A DNA stretch of 64,000 nucleotides from Amphiscolops sp. MND2022 (Eukaryota), in NCBI GenBank assembly GCA_964187785.1, contig OZ076410.1, forward strand, positions 38,626,001 through 38,690,000, given 5' to 3'. Shown here piece by piece: positions 24,638 to 38,274 of this stretch. Position numbers and translations under genes: made by a program. Positions within the stretch are counted from its first letter, which is position 1; each line of letters begins with the position of its first letter. The notes beneath the pieces are model-generated. The model was not told the DNA's origin. It searched no databases and saw only the letters and a list, made by a program, of their open reading frames with translations.

Positions 24638-25527
24638 GAAATGGATTTGATTTCAACAGTGAATTGATCAATAGTAACAAACCAAACAGTTTTGTATCGT
24701 AGCGTTTTCAATCAATGAATGAATCCCTCCTTTTACAAGTTCCGCGTATATATAGTTTGTACTGCATGACACGCAATATTTTGCGTGTCAGGAACTAAAT
24801 TTAGGGTGATATCATTCTAAATATAGCCCCGATTAGATTATTAGGTCACTAGTTCTAAAAATAGACTGAGGGTTTTGACATTACGTTACACAAATGAAGA
24901 GATATAAATAGCATCAAACAAACAGTGGGTATCTTTACATGTATTCAGGTTAAAATCAACCTTTCATGCATTGGTAACATCAATATTCAATGAAATTCTA
25001 AATTTGACCATGCGTCAGCATGACTGCAATGATAGACTGGTACTTTACTCTCATTGGTCAACAAGTACTTGTGACCACACGTCGATTTGACTGCAGTAGA
25101 GTACTAGTTAATTAGCTAAGATAAGTGTTTTAAGGTACTCTTTAAACACCGTTTAACAGCACTTGAGTTACTTAGCTAAGTGTTGCGTCACTAACTAAGT
25201 GATGTACTTTAGGTTCAGATTAATTGCAAGTAATTTCATCAATGGGAAATTCTAAATAGTAACAAATCAATAATAGCAATTGAATAAATGCACAGATTAA
25301 ATGCCGTCAGTTTGACCTTTGGTCTGAATAGTAATATCGAAATTGCATGTTTAGCGTTAATAATTCGGTCATTACATGCATGAAACAAATATTAAACTAT
25401 CAGAATAGATGCTAAAATCCGTTTCAGAGTTTGTCCTAGATAGGTAGTACACCGGGGGCTGGTGGCGTCTCATTACCTTGTGGCATCATTTGGTATAGGA
25501 TGCCGTCACAAGCGGCAGCTTGCGACA
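23983..25527 (-). repeat. 5' LTR of element A
   Basis: Repeat of 9381-10925; TG...CA; flanked by TSD and PBS. Confidence 0.97.
24747..24776 (-). promoter_or_regulatory. Putative LTR core promoter TTGCGTGTCATG-N10-TATATATA
   Basis: Same motif and spacing in the LTR of B and in the solo LTR at 29231-29257. Confidence 0.6.
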
Positions 25528-26530
25528 GAGAGAGACACTTTAGGTGAGCCGACATAGAAGAGATAGTTGGAAAATTGAATTTTTTCTCACCGCTCTGTAT
25601 TTTCCTACGAAGTGTTTTCCATCCGTTTATTGTAGCAATGTTTCTCCATGTCTTTCCAAGCCAATTTGTATGATATATGCTTGCACACCAGTAAGTATTT
25701 CTTCAGCTCCAATTTTCTGTCCAAATTCAGTTTTTGGGATTTCCAGAGATGCTGACAATCTTTCAATTTCTTGTCCAGAAGAGTTTCATTCACCACGTGA
25801 CTTGTATGACGAGGAACTGCCGATCCACTCCATGTTCATTGTGCCTCTTCACTGGCAGTAATTACATGGGTTCCCGAGTCAGTTGCTGAGTGTCAAAGGG
25901 GCGATTATAAATTGATGAGTGGGCTGTAATGTTTATTATGAAGTCGTGCCAAATAACCGTTCTAGCACTGCCCAGCGTTGGTTTCTTCTAACAAACATCA
26001 GTTGGAATTCAACAGTTATGTAACGGCATTTGGGTCTTCTCATGAGTCTTCTATGAGATGTAACCCGGTAATTGTAGTCAGGCTCTTTATCCTTCTCACT
26101 CGACCTGAAAAGAAATTGACCGCTAGAATCAAGAAACTAGCAGCAAATATATGCATAACTTGCATTGGAGAAACCTGAAAACACACGTGATGAACTCATA
26201 TATTTTTTCATTCAATAGGTTTATTGAAGTTCTTTTGAAATTTTTTGTTGAGTTAGAGCTACTTGTCCTCAGTAGTTCAATCTCAATTTCGTCGATTATA
26301 AATAATGTTGCTTTCTTGCTGAAAACCTTGGATTTTTATTTCAGTCAAAATGTTGTCAGGGTTTTCGTTTCGCAATTTTACAATGAATCTTTTACGCCAA
26401 GTATCCATTTTACTTCCGCATCAAAGCCTCATATTTTTTGGCCCCATAAATTTGGCCAAAAAATTGGCAATGGTCTCGTGAACGTTCCTATAAATTAAGA
26501 TCAATTCGAAGCTCTGGAACTTGTTTTGCG

Positions 26531-27024
26531 TTTTTAGTCGGCGCTTTTCTTAAGAAAAGAGCCCGACTATTACAGTCACTCGTTTTTTTTATTTATTTAA
26601 GACAGACTCGAAGCGACGAACGTCAAAATTAACGTTCAACTACTAAATACAGTACTACTAAAATACTGGCAGCGCATTTGAGATAGTGCAAAGGGTCCCC
26701 CCTTTCAGTAAGTCCATTTTTATCGTAAGATACAAAACAGGACGAGACTATAGGATCCCCCTTTTGAGTTTTTTTCGGCACTGTGCGACTTTTTTTCGAA
26801 ATTATTTTTGTCCCCAAAGGGTCCCCCCTTCGAGTTTTTTGATATTTTGCAACGGAATGTATGTTAATAAATCCAGAAGGGTCCCCCTTTTACATTTTTC
26901 GGCACTATGCGACTTTTTTTGAAAGAAAAAAAATTTCAAAAATTTCAATTTTTTTCCAAAAAAAAATTTTTTGCGCTTTTTGAGCCTTAGATATGGCGCC
27001 GACTTTAGACGTTCCCGTCTTGTT
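26531..27024 (+). mobile_element. HINE-like element, copy 3
   Basis: TTTTTAGTCGGCGC...CCCGACT at the 5' end; GGCGCCGACTTTAGACGTTCCCGTCTTGTT at the 3' end; internal GGGTCCCCCC repeats. Confidence 0.6.
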
Positions 27025-28419
27025 CTTTTTGCTTTTATTATTATCTGATATGAAAACCGTGTTTTCTAGCTGTTGATCGTTCCGAGCATGTCCATCCCTA
27101 TATGCAATGTTTGTCCTTTGCAGTCTGCTGGATCTCACTTTCCAATGCAGTGTCTATTGGAAGCCATTTTGGATATACGTCTTTGTTACAAATATGTAGA
27201 TCTTCGTTGTCGAAGAATTTGTTACAAATTGATTCCTATGAAGTTATTATGCCACTGCTAATGTCGAAAAATCGGTTTGATGCGTGTCATTCACAAGTGT
27301 ATGAATTTGATGGATGATTCACTGCTCCAACTGATGTGTCGCAACTATCTTCGCCATCACTGTTAATGCAATCACACGTTACATCAATGCTCTTTCCTGA
27401 TTTGCTTTCTATTGCAGCGTTGGACAGAATAGTTTCGAAAAAAAATCAGAAGCGTCATATAGGTTTGGCTACTTTTATTTGACTTTTGCAAAATCATGAA
27501 CGATTGACCAAATTTGAAACATATTTCCCTTTTTGAAAAATATTTCCCTTTCAGCGTGTCCAATTTCCAACAGCAGAAACCCATTCCGAAAAAAACGCGG
27601 CAAAAAAACTTGCCGAAATACGAACTAGGAGGAAAAATTCCATTCAAAACTTTAGAATCATTGGTCAAACTTAATAGACAATTTCCTGGCAAAACTCAGG
27701 AATTTATCACGTCAAAAGTCATCCGAACACATACTTTGTGTTAGCTCGAAAGCTATGCATCGACAGCGTTCAAAATTTGTCTATGAAAGTTTCGAGTTTT
27801 TTTCGTGTCGCAATCTAACCAAATGGACTTTTTTGGATTGGAGACAATGGTTATTCTCCAACGAATGCCAAGTTGTTCTTAACTCTGAAAATACAATCTG
27901 AATTTGGCCTTCAAAATCAGAACCGATCTGGATTTCAACAATAATTACCAAAAAGCAAGCAAAAATTTCAGTTATGATCTGGGTTTATATCAACCCAAAT
28001 CCCAAAAAAAAACAGAAAATTTGCACTGATAGCCTGCACCGATGAATGCCAAAAGTGGTTCACATGAATGGGCATTTGTCGAAATATTAGGAAGCGAAAA
28101 CTGTTTGAATCCAGTTTTGTTGAGGTTAATTCACTTAATTTAAAATTTCTGCATTTTAATTCAGTTTTTCAAAACGGGACAATTATTTTGTCCAATGGCT
28201 GTATTTTGCCCTCGTCAATGATACTCCTAACTAGACTCAGTCCGTAGGGTTGTGCAGATGTAGTTTCAATTTTTCAAGATGGACCTTTTAAAGGTATACC
28301 ATCTTTCATGTTGTCTCTTCGTTACTTCTGTAGGTCATCACCATCTTGTTCCTTGGGTCTAAGATTCTTTGTTCCTGCTTTGAGCACAGCTTTGGTGATT
28401 GGGCAGACCATATTTCCTT

Positions 28420-30366
28420 TCTAGTCGGCGCCTTTTCCCTTAAGAAAAACGACCCGACTATTACATTGGGTAGTTTTTTCAGTTCACTCTCAATTATCCA
28501 CTTTTTTGTTCATTTGTTCAACTTGTTAGCCGAGATATTTTAGTTCGAATATAACGTTTTGAAAATTTGGATATATTGTTTTCAAAGTTCCAATGGCAGG
28601 ACTAAGGTCCTCCGTGTCCCTTAGGTCACAGGCAGACCTCCAGTCCTTTTTTGTAAGTTTAGTTTCAAACCCAATTGTTTCGTCTGTCTTCCTCGACATT
28701 GAACGGCATTGGACTCATAATACTTTGTCTGGAATTACCAATTTTTGGAATTGCTGAGCTAATAGCTCTACTGATATGAGAATGCATCATGGACAGCATG
28801 GCATCCATTTCTTGAGAAAGTCTCATGTTAATCTCGTTTGAGAAAATTTCCATAGATTCAAGGATTCTATCCTGTCTCGGAATGGCGTATCCATGACCAA
28901 AGTCCCTAATTTCATTTCCATGAGAGGAATTTCCTCTTGGATGAGAATTGGTTTCTGAGACGAAACGATATACAGATCCTTCTAATTCCCTTTCAACGAG
29001 GTTAACATTCACATTCCCAATCATTATGTCTTGTCAAAATCAGCCATCATGTCCATTTCTCTAGACTTTCTAGCTTTTGCTTTTTGTCTCCTTGTCGAAG
29101 TCATAAAAAATTGTTACGAGGGAAGAATTCAAATAGTTTTATCTTGTTGGTAAGAATTGTTTAACGGAACAACTGTATATCACGGGAACAAGTTTCAAAA
29201 GTGGTCCCCGAAACTAGTTGTCCCGGCTACATATACTCAAGCTAGCATGAGACGCATTATTACTACAGTCATGAAGTAAAAAAAAAGAAAAGACCAATAC
29301 CAAAAACAGCTCCGACTCTTCTTGGAAGTGATGACAACTAGTCATCAAAATAACTTCAAAGAGATTGATCGCTGACAGGGGTGACTGAAAATAAAAAAGC
29401 GCGAAAAATTAAACGTGTTCTACAAGGACATGTAACATTACCTGTAATTCAACAATTTAGGATTTCATGCAGGTATACATGTGTCTATTTTTCATTATGA
29501 GCCAGTGTATAACAGGTATAAACACATGTAGGATTGATACTAGTAGAGTAAGAGGGAACGGGGTTCCCCTCTAACAGCATCAAACTGAGATTTAATCAGT
29601 TATATGATTATATTACGGTTCATATTAGACAGCGCCTTTATTTCCATTTTGAATTGGGACTAGATGTCTACTAGCCGACACTGCACAGTTTGTTTAGCTG
29701 AGTGGCTGTGAACGGCCTTCAAATGAGAGTACCTACAAACAGCGCATTACAGCAATAAATAATCGCATCTGATTGGCTGTTGATACTTTGGACTCGTTGT
29801 CCGCGGCCACAGGAAAGAAAACGTTTGAATATTTTCCTTTGCATGTACGCCTTTGTGTCCAATTTCAATATTGCATGCTTAAGTTACTTGTGTAATTATA
29901 CAAAAGCAATGATGCTTTAGTCTAATAGCATCAAGTTTAGTCGAAATAAGATCATTTCGACATTCGGTCCGGTTATCAATATGGTATTCATTACACAACA
30001 AAATGTTAGCATCAGATTTAATACAAGAATGAAAGCTGCAAATTTAGTGTTAAGTTCGTGAATGACAGGGTTTCATTCACTATAGGGGAATTGTTCCCGG
30101 CAAGGCCTGATGGTAGTTGTATGATATTGAGTTCAGGTTGCCATCGCAGGCGGCAGCCTGCGACACCGATATAACGTTTTCAAAGTTCGGATATAACGCT
30201 TGCAAAGTTCGGATAGAACTTTTGAAAGTTCTAATGTAACGTTTTCAAAGTTCGGATTCCAAAGTAATGTTTTCATTTCTTTTATAGCACTATCGATTTT
30301 TTCCCAAATTTCACAATTTGTTGAGCCTTAGATATGGCGTCGACTAGGGCCGTTACCGGCTTTCTT
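28420..30366 (+). mobile_element. HINE-like element, copy 4, interrupted by a solo LTR
   Basis: 5' AGTCGGCGCC at 28423-28432; 3' GGCGTCGACTAGGGCCGTTACCGGC at 30336-30360; 22-bp repeat TTCGGATATAACGTTTTCAAAG on both sides of the insertion. Confidence 0.55.
28595..30165 (-). mobile_element. Solo LTR of a related subfamily (about 1.57 kb)
   Basis: Starts TGTCGCAGGCTGCCGCCTGCGATGG like the A/B LTRs; carries a decayed gag 5' end (MTSTRRQKAKARKSREMDMM); the left end and TSD (CCAAT vs CCGAT) are imperfect. Confidence 0.75.
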
Positions 30367-31425
30367 ATACTTTGGTTTATACTTTTGTCAAAAACTTTTT
30401 GCGTACGTTGTTCTTTTGTGGTTGTGGGTGGGGCATATTGCTCTGTTTTTGTTGTAGCTTAACAGTTTCGGCAACGCGATCTTTTCTTCCCCTGAAACGC
30501 GAGAAGTATTTTTAACAGGAAAAACTAAGGAAAATGAAAAACCAGCGGAGGCAATTTCGCTTGTCATGTTAAATTTTGAAAAACGACATCCTAGTTGTTT
30601 GTTTCATGAATGGTTTATTTGAAGGTGCCTACCACTTTCTTTAGGCATTCATCCCAGCTGGGAATGAAGGTGTTTTGACCTATGGACTTTTGGAAGGCAT
30701 TAAATGCTCTTGTTCTGTCTAAAATGTACTCCAAAACAAAAGTTGAAACTGAAAATCGATTTGGTCGTACGAAGCGCATCTGAAACATTACATTGAACCT
30801 TTGGACAGCTAGACGCCGAGTGAGGCGGACCTGTCCGTGCTGATTTAATGCTTTTGGTTAGCCTGTTTAATGTTTTGTTTCTGCTTGGTTTGGTACAAAA
30901 TTGTTCCGATTCGTACACGTGAATTCAGTGCAGTGTTGCATCAACTGTTTTGGGTTGTCCAAAAAACATGTGGTATAATGTTTTCTATGATAATTCTCGG
31001 CCTGTTGGGGCAATTTTGCCGGAGGCCCATGGTAGAAAGGTCGGTGACTCTAAGGATCTTAACTCGAGGGGTGAACATCTAAAGTTCTATCATTCTGATC
31101 TGGAAACCATCCGCAACTTGCTCGTTGGAAACTCTTCGATAGATTTTAATTATTGGCGTGAATTTAGTCTTCGAACTTTTTTTCACGAACTATTTTTTTT
31201 TCAAATAATATGTGAAAATATTTTTAGAGTTAAAACAGTTGTTTTCATTTTTTGATGTTTTTATGAGCATAGAATTTTTTGATAAAGTGTTATCATAGAT
31301 AGTTATCACGGTACATACCATGCCTCTAAAGTAAACAATTGATCTATCTTCATCTGACTTTTAAAACCTAAATTGACATTTATTTGAAATAATTTGGCTA
31401 CCTTTCATGAATGTATTACTTTTAA

Positions 31426-34133
31426 TTACCGTTCGTTCAAATGATCATAAACAATCATGCCTTTATTATCAATATAAAGGGTGCCCGGAAGTAAGTTTGT
31501 ATATCGGTCACTATGGAGAAACGCGAGTTGTTGGCTTATCCAACTTCTTTGTAACGAGACGGCTGTAAAAACACACGATCTGTTGTCAGGGCTACCACTT
31601 TCTACCAGGAAGCTGAAAATTCCGATTATGCATCTGAGACGACGTTCGGACCTGTACATAATAGGACCATCAGGGTCACCACTGCACGTCGAAGGCTTTT
31701 TAGCAGTGTCAAGGCGCTTGTAGCAAAGTTGTTCAGGATATAAGGAGCTATGAGTTTGTTCGACTCCTGCACAGTGCTCTTCTCTTTGCATCGGTCCTTC
31801 CATCAATTGTTGGTTGCCCTGATTACTACCGACCAAGCTGCCTACCACAATGATGTACGATGATGAACTATAGTTCCAATTCTAATTGATTTGACAATAT
31901 TATAATCGACTAGTTTACAACGATCAATCGAGCGGTTTCAATAATTGAAAAAACATCACAGCAACTCTAGTTCTACTGAAATTGTCCAAGCTGCAGCTTG
32001 GACAGAAAAACGCACTTATTAAGGTTTCTATAAAATTTCAGTAAAATTAATTATTCAAGGAAAGCAATTAAAAATAAACGAGTCATGACTTCGAACAAAT
32101 CTCTCTAAAACGTTTTTCGAATTGTTACCGGAAATTCGGAACCACTTGACATTAAATGTTGCTTAAGTTTCGTTTCAAAAATAAGACCAGAATTAAAGTC
32201 CTCGAATACAATAAAGCATCATTTCTAGAGTAGCACGTTGAAGATGACACTAGTTGACAGTTTACAAGTTACTTTGCATCACAATGGCGGTAAAAGTTAT
32301 AACGCCTCAGCTATATATAAACGTTAAGTTAAAATTGTCCTCAAATTTTTAATGAGTTTTCCGAGTAGCTTGATAAAAGCCCATTACAACAGCAAATTTT
32401 TAAAGAAAATCATAAAAAAACGTTTCTGTCAAGCTTCCAAGCATTTCAAAAAACAGTTTGGGGTAGTGACAGCTACGTAGCAAAGTTTCCATGAAGCTTA
32501 AAATGAAAAGTGTCAGTTGAACAAAAAAAGAAAGTTTTGAAATTTTTAGATTTTGTACAAGCAGCGAAGTTGTTGTGATGCGTTAGTCTTACACTCGGAA
32601 CATATAATGAGAAAAACGTGGGAAGTGACCCGCAAGAAAACGGTACAAACAGTTTGCCAAGCGTGCTCCGAAAAGAAATGTCAATCTGAATCGATCTGTC
32701 AATCGAAAATTGCGGAACGCATTTTGACTGTCAAGTTTCAGAATTGGCGCCTCCCAAACGCTAAATGACTGGTAATTCCTTTATAAACCATTCCAAATGC
32801 CTGTCAAAGTTGTCTGTTGAAAACTTGGTTTCAACAGAAAGTTTAAAACTTGTGCTGGGTGAACCATGAAAAACGGAATGCATGAAAATGTCCGAGCGCT
32901 CAAAGTTTCAAATACTTGTCAACATTGCAATTCAGCTTGTCAGTCATTCAATTTGACAACTTTTCTTCGAAGCCAAGACGTTTTATCACATCAAAAGGAG
33001 AACAAAATGACTGGTAAAGACGTCTTTCCAGGTAAAAACGTTTTCAGAAGGTTCGGATCATTCTTTGTTGAAGATGCGATTTCGCAATGAGATGATGATT
33101 GACAGTGAAAGTGAAAACTTTTCAGTGCCTTATTTACAAATGCTACGATTCTGAAGACGCAATGGTAATTCGTGCATTCTGTTTTTTGTTGGCCTAGTAC
33201 CGTTTTTAGGGGTCACTTGGCGCATTTGAGTTCTTCAAACAACACTCATGTGCATTTTATGTTCGTGTATGTCCGTTTTCCTAATATTCATAGTACAAAA
33301 TTCTAACGAAACTACCTTTGCAAAGCAAAAGTATTCTGGAGTGGAAAGCTGTACATCACTACCTAAACCGATCAAAGTACCAATTGCAACATTTGATCTG
33401 CATTTCCGCCACGCACAAGCCCCTGGATATCTTCTTTCATTTTTGGGCGTGACCACTCTGTCTTCCAGCTTTATCAACGCCATGTCATAAGGACCTCGAC
33501 CTCCGAGAAAACTAGGATTGTAATAGGTGTGGATTATGTAACTTTCAACTCCATAATATTTGGCCTCCCATTGACCCGCTACAGAGAAGTTCCCGTGCAA
33601 GACATACACTTCTGTTGTATGAGCCCACCTTTTGTCAGAGAGCATAAATTTTCATTGTGTACTTTTCACCACGTGTGCATACATTTCCTAATAGTGTTTT
33701 TCTGCTGAAAAAAACACAGTTTGACTTTTTAAACAAGTTTTGGAGCTTTGCCCAGTGACAAACTCAATTCAGATATGTGATTCATGCCAAATTTTTGGTG
33801 ATTTAAATCTCAGTCAACAACGTCGCCGGTAGTGTTCGATACTTTAATGATGCCTTGTCGAAGTAATATGTGTTTATCATAGTTTTAGCGACCACCTCAT
33901 TTTTCAGTGAATTTTTATGCTCTCTACCTGTCGGTCTTTTTATAGTACAAACAATGGCCAGCAACCAGAATTACATCCACAGCAATTGTCATCCCTCCAC
34001 AGGTCAGATCATTATTAATAACGAGAGCAAAGTATGAGGTAACATCAGTGCGTCGACCACCTATCAGGGCGAGAATTGGAACTGTAGCGAAGACGTTCAA
34101 AATGAAGTAAATTAAAACCCAATTTAGAACCAT
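31426..34133 (-). CDS. Secreted trypsin-family (S1) serine protease homolog, 3 exons (34133-33928, 33628-33316, 31818-31426), about 303 aa, catalytic Ser apparently lost
   Basis: Signal-peptide-like N-terminus then LIGG; CGG...LVAGHC (His); YDMALIKL (Asp); TCSGDPDGP in place of GDSGGP; GT-AG junctions keep the frame (phases 2 and 0). Confidence 0.7.
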
Positions 34134-34699
34134 CTTTCAAATAATTCAGCCTGAAAGTCGTTCCAGTTTGATCAAAAAGTCATTGCTTAATGCTTGCAGT
34201 TTTCTGGTGGTATCCACAGCTTCGCCAACGTAAATGATATTTTTCTATTTTGTGAAACTTCTGTTAGTGCTAAAGTCTCACAATGTGTCCCCTCATCAGA
34301 TTTTTTTCTTGTTTCATGTTTTTAATAGATTGTACTCAAGGGTTCTCACTTCAGATGTTTTCGGTAAAAATTTAATTTATATGGGCTTCTTCTCTCTTTG
34401 CAACAGTTTCTACCTGAAAGTACTACATTGATTGAAAAGTACTTGCCACTTGTTCTAGTGGTTTTTCTTTGTGCCACTTGATATGGTGGGTGTCGGGTGT
34501 GACCTTCCAATATTTACGGCATTTATTCGAGAATTTGAAAATATTTTGACACTTTTTTCTCAAAAGCGTTGAATTTTTTTGATATTTTCAGACAAAAAAA
34601 CTTTTTATGCAGCGCCGTTCTTTTTTTTCATAGAACTATAAAATTACCGCAGTCGAGTGAAAAACACGCTTTATCCTAATTGTTTATCTCAAATCTGAG

Positions 34700-36381
34700 T
34701 GTCACAGGCTGCCGCCTATGACGGAACAAGGTTTACGACTACGGCAAGCGGACAGGATATAGCTCCAGGCACATTACTGATCTACTAATACTAGGAACTG
34801 ATGAACATTTAGTAGAACTAATTTTCAAGATATTTTAATATTATTTTGACACACTCATTTGCCATTTTATTAGTCTTTAAATTTTTGCTGGATGATCAAT
34901 TTTACTGTAAATGCAACGCGCAAAGATTCATGATTGTAAATTGAAAATAGAATACTATGCAGTATACAGGAAACGTGTTCAAATGCGCAAACGTCCTCTT
35001 ACGGCGTCATAGCTTACTTTTCAATGATCAACTAATCGCAGCGCAGTCTTTGTGGTATTAGTTTAAAGTATAACTCCAATATGCCGGTTACGGCTAATTG
35101 ACTCAATGAAGCTACTATTTAGATGGAACTAATCATCCTTTTATTAGATGTTTCATGATGTTCTGTTCAGCTAATAATAGTACACCTTTGACCACAGAGT
35201 ATCTAAATTGACTACTTTAATGTGCTATTGTGATTAAAGGACGTAAAACAATAGTTTGTTGTTTGTTGATGGTATTTTTAAACCAGTCTTTGAACCGTTT
35301 CTGGCAAAGACTTTATGGCCAACCTTGAGTATAATGGCCAATCCAGACCGGTTTAGTGCGAAGGCCAAAACATGGATAATCGATGAAATATTTTTTCAGA
35401 TGTTCAACTGGCTACGTGTGTAGGCACGTGCTCAGGAATGTTGACGCACACTTCAAATTCCCTAATTACAGTTGTTGCTTTGATGTTTGTAATTGTTTAC
35501 GGTCGAGGCGCATAGTTTTCTCGAATATGTTTGAACCGCTTTGAGTTAAATTCCTCGAAAACATTGATGTAGTTAATCAAGTGCAATAACAAGGTGCTAT
35601 TGATGAAAATCACATGTCAACTTAGGATGTTGATATTTAGTGAATTATGTGAAAAATGTGGATGTAACTATGTCAGGACTACATACGTGAAACTTTTCCT
35701 CAGAGGAACACATTTTGATATACCTTACTGACAGTCACACACTTTCAAAATACTACTTTCCCGATATTATTCAAAAAATAAAATCAGAGATTCTTTAGGC
35801 CTACTACAAGAAAGCAGAAAGGCAAAGCTAGGAAATCAAGAGAGGCTGACTTGTTATCAAACATTGAAAACCTAGACATAATGCTAGGCTGTAACTATCT
35901 AGATAGAGAAGAAAGTGAAATCAGCAACTCTGGCTGTAGGCCTGAAAATCCTAGCTACAATGCATTGGTAAACCACGATGTGAATTCTCACTCTAACTCT
36001 AGAGAAGATGAGATTAGGGATTATGCCGGAAACTGCCAAAACTGAGACGACAGAGAGAAGTTGACTCTAGTAGTGAAATTAATAGATTGTCAGAGGAATT
36101 GAACCAAAGGAACACTCAAAAAATGAATGGTCTGTTGAGTAGCGTGAGCTCACAATTTCAGAGAGCTATAATGGAGGCTATGAACGGACGAGTCTTACCT
36201 CAGATTCAAGCTACTCTAGGGTCCCGACAGGGACAAATGCCTGATAGAGGATTGGAGGTCCCAGGCAGAAGACCGGAAAGTAGATCTGAAGAAGTCCTAA
36301 ACTGCAAATTCAGAAGTAGTTCGAGAGATGAGCTTCCTAGAGACTTCAATAGAAACGAAGACCTAGAGAACACTCATTACA
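34700..36381 (+). mobile_element. Solo LTR of a related subfamily (1682 bp)
   Basis: TGTCACAGGCTGCCGCC ... CATTACA; perfect 5-bp TSD CTGAG at 34695-34699 and 36382-36386; decayed gag 5' end (TTRKQKGKARKSREADLLSNIENLDIMLG). Confidence 0.9.
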
Positions 36382-38274
36382 CTGAGTTTTTTTTATATCT
36401 CGCCAGGAACTGGATTGGAGTTTCTATCAAGTCACTGACGAATTTTTGGATGTTTTCAAATTGAATCGTCGGCAGACGTGAAGCGAATATTTAGCAAACT
36501 CAACAAGATGCTAGCCTGGGACCGTAATTTTGATATTTCAAATATCGACAATTTCATATGCATTTATTGTAACATTTCACTTTAATAAGCCAAGTTGACT
36601 TTTTTTCATTAAATCCACGTTTTCAAACGCGTGCCGATAAAGGGAAAATGAGGGGCAAATTTTAAAATAAAGGACGGCAAATGAAGGGCACATTTTTTTT
36701 AAAATAAAGGGCAAATCGCGGTTGCCCTACTGATCATGGTTGACTGTTTGACTTCAACAACTCAAACGACTACAAATAAAATCGACTAAACGTTTGAACA
36801 TGAAGCAACTCATTTAGGTCGCGTCATGTTCAATTGGGTCCAATATCATCGAATTTATCCAAATTTATTCTTGAATGTCAATACCGAGAGGCATGAAATG
36901 CATACAGAGTGGAATATTTTTGGTTAGCTGTTTGGTCGAAAATGTTTGTTTGCAACTGCATACCATGAAAAGAAGGTCAGAAATTAGTATCCTTTTTGAA
37001 AAGGTTCAAGAACCAGGGTTTCCATACAAAACATTCTAACCATTGTTTGCTTTCATAAACACAGCGTGTACAGGTCATGATCTTAGACTAGGCAAACGTT
37101 TTAATGGATGAACGATGACCTCCAACTGCACCATATATGGCTCAGTTGGTGATTCGTCCGATTCTAATAATGACATATTGGCAGGCATAACCCAGTCAAT
37201 TGACGTAGAAAATGGAGTCTTTAGGTATTTCTTAACACTGTGCCCTTTTTAACCAGATCTCGAAACAATGTAACAATTGAAATTTTTGGAATCTAACGCT
37301 GAATTGATTTTATTCCATTATTGATCCCAAATGAAGCGCGAAGTTCCATAAGAAATGGCGACTTATGCAACTGCGGAGTAATGACTCAGGAAAACAGTGG
37401 TTGAGTCTTTCTTTGAAACTTACCTAGATGACGTACTTAACTGCGCAAACTGATTTACTGAATTCAAATGTTTCGAAAATTGTCCAAGAAAATGTTTAAA
37501 GCGCAATTTGTTTTAATTTATTCATTTTACAAATAAAATCTCAGGAGCAAAATATCTCAAATTTTGATCAAAACTACAGCGGCAATTTTGAGTTTTGATG
37601 TTTTTCCAATTTCATTACACAATAACTCAAGAAACACTCCTTCAATCATTTTTGTAGTATTTAGCACGGTGCCATTTTACCGAAAGATAACTCCTTCGAA
37701 AAAAAGCCGTAAGTCTCTTTATTATTCACATTTCTCATCAACACCACAGGACTTAAAATGAAAACCTTTCAAGAAAACAAAAGTAGAGGACTTTTTTCTC
37801 AAAGTTTCTTTCAAAAAGTTTTCGGTGAGTTGCAGAGTGCCGAGAAACCCTAATGAGAACTCCATGCTGGCAAAACGTTTCATTTGTAGTTGAAATCGAC
37901 GGTGAAAAAATTGGAGAAAAATCGCATAGTGCCGAAAAAACCACAAGGGCCCTTTGCTCTTTCTGTCACTTTTGCAAGTATAAACTAGTGAAACGAAATT
38001 TACTTCGGATATACCGTAAAAAATTCACATATCGCGCAATATACTTTGGATATGACGTTACATTTTCGGATATAGCGCACAATTTAGTTCATATCAGAAA
38101 AGACCATTAATAAACTTCAGTTCGCTGGGCCAAGGCTGGAAAAATGATCGAGTTGAGGTTTTCTGACCTTTTGAGAAAATGCGAAACATAACACGAGGAA
38201 AAGCGAATTTCCTCTGGATACAATTTCAGACAGCCACTTGAGATTTCAATTCGACTTCAAAACAAAACATAATT

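Larger units (their letters stand above)
9381..25527 (-). mobile_element. Giant Ty3/Gypsy LTR retrotransposon A (16147 bp), full length
   Basis: Two 1545-bp LTRs with TG...CA ends; 5-bp TSD GAGAG at 9376-9380 and 25528-25532; PBS, PPT, gag, and pol in PR-RT-RH-IN order. Confidence 0.97.

Noticed and set aside
36635-36730. Clustered AAAGGGCAAAT motifs ending in a GGGCAAATCGCGGTTGCCC hairpin
   Set aside because: Probably one end of a small repeat element, but no partner terminus could be found in the window
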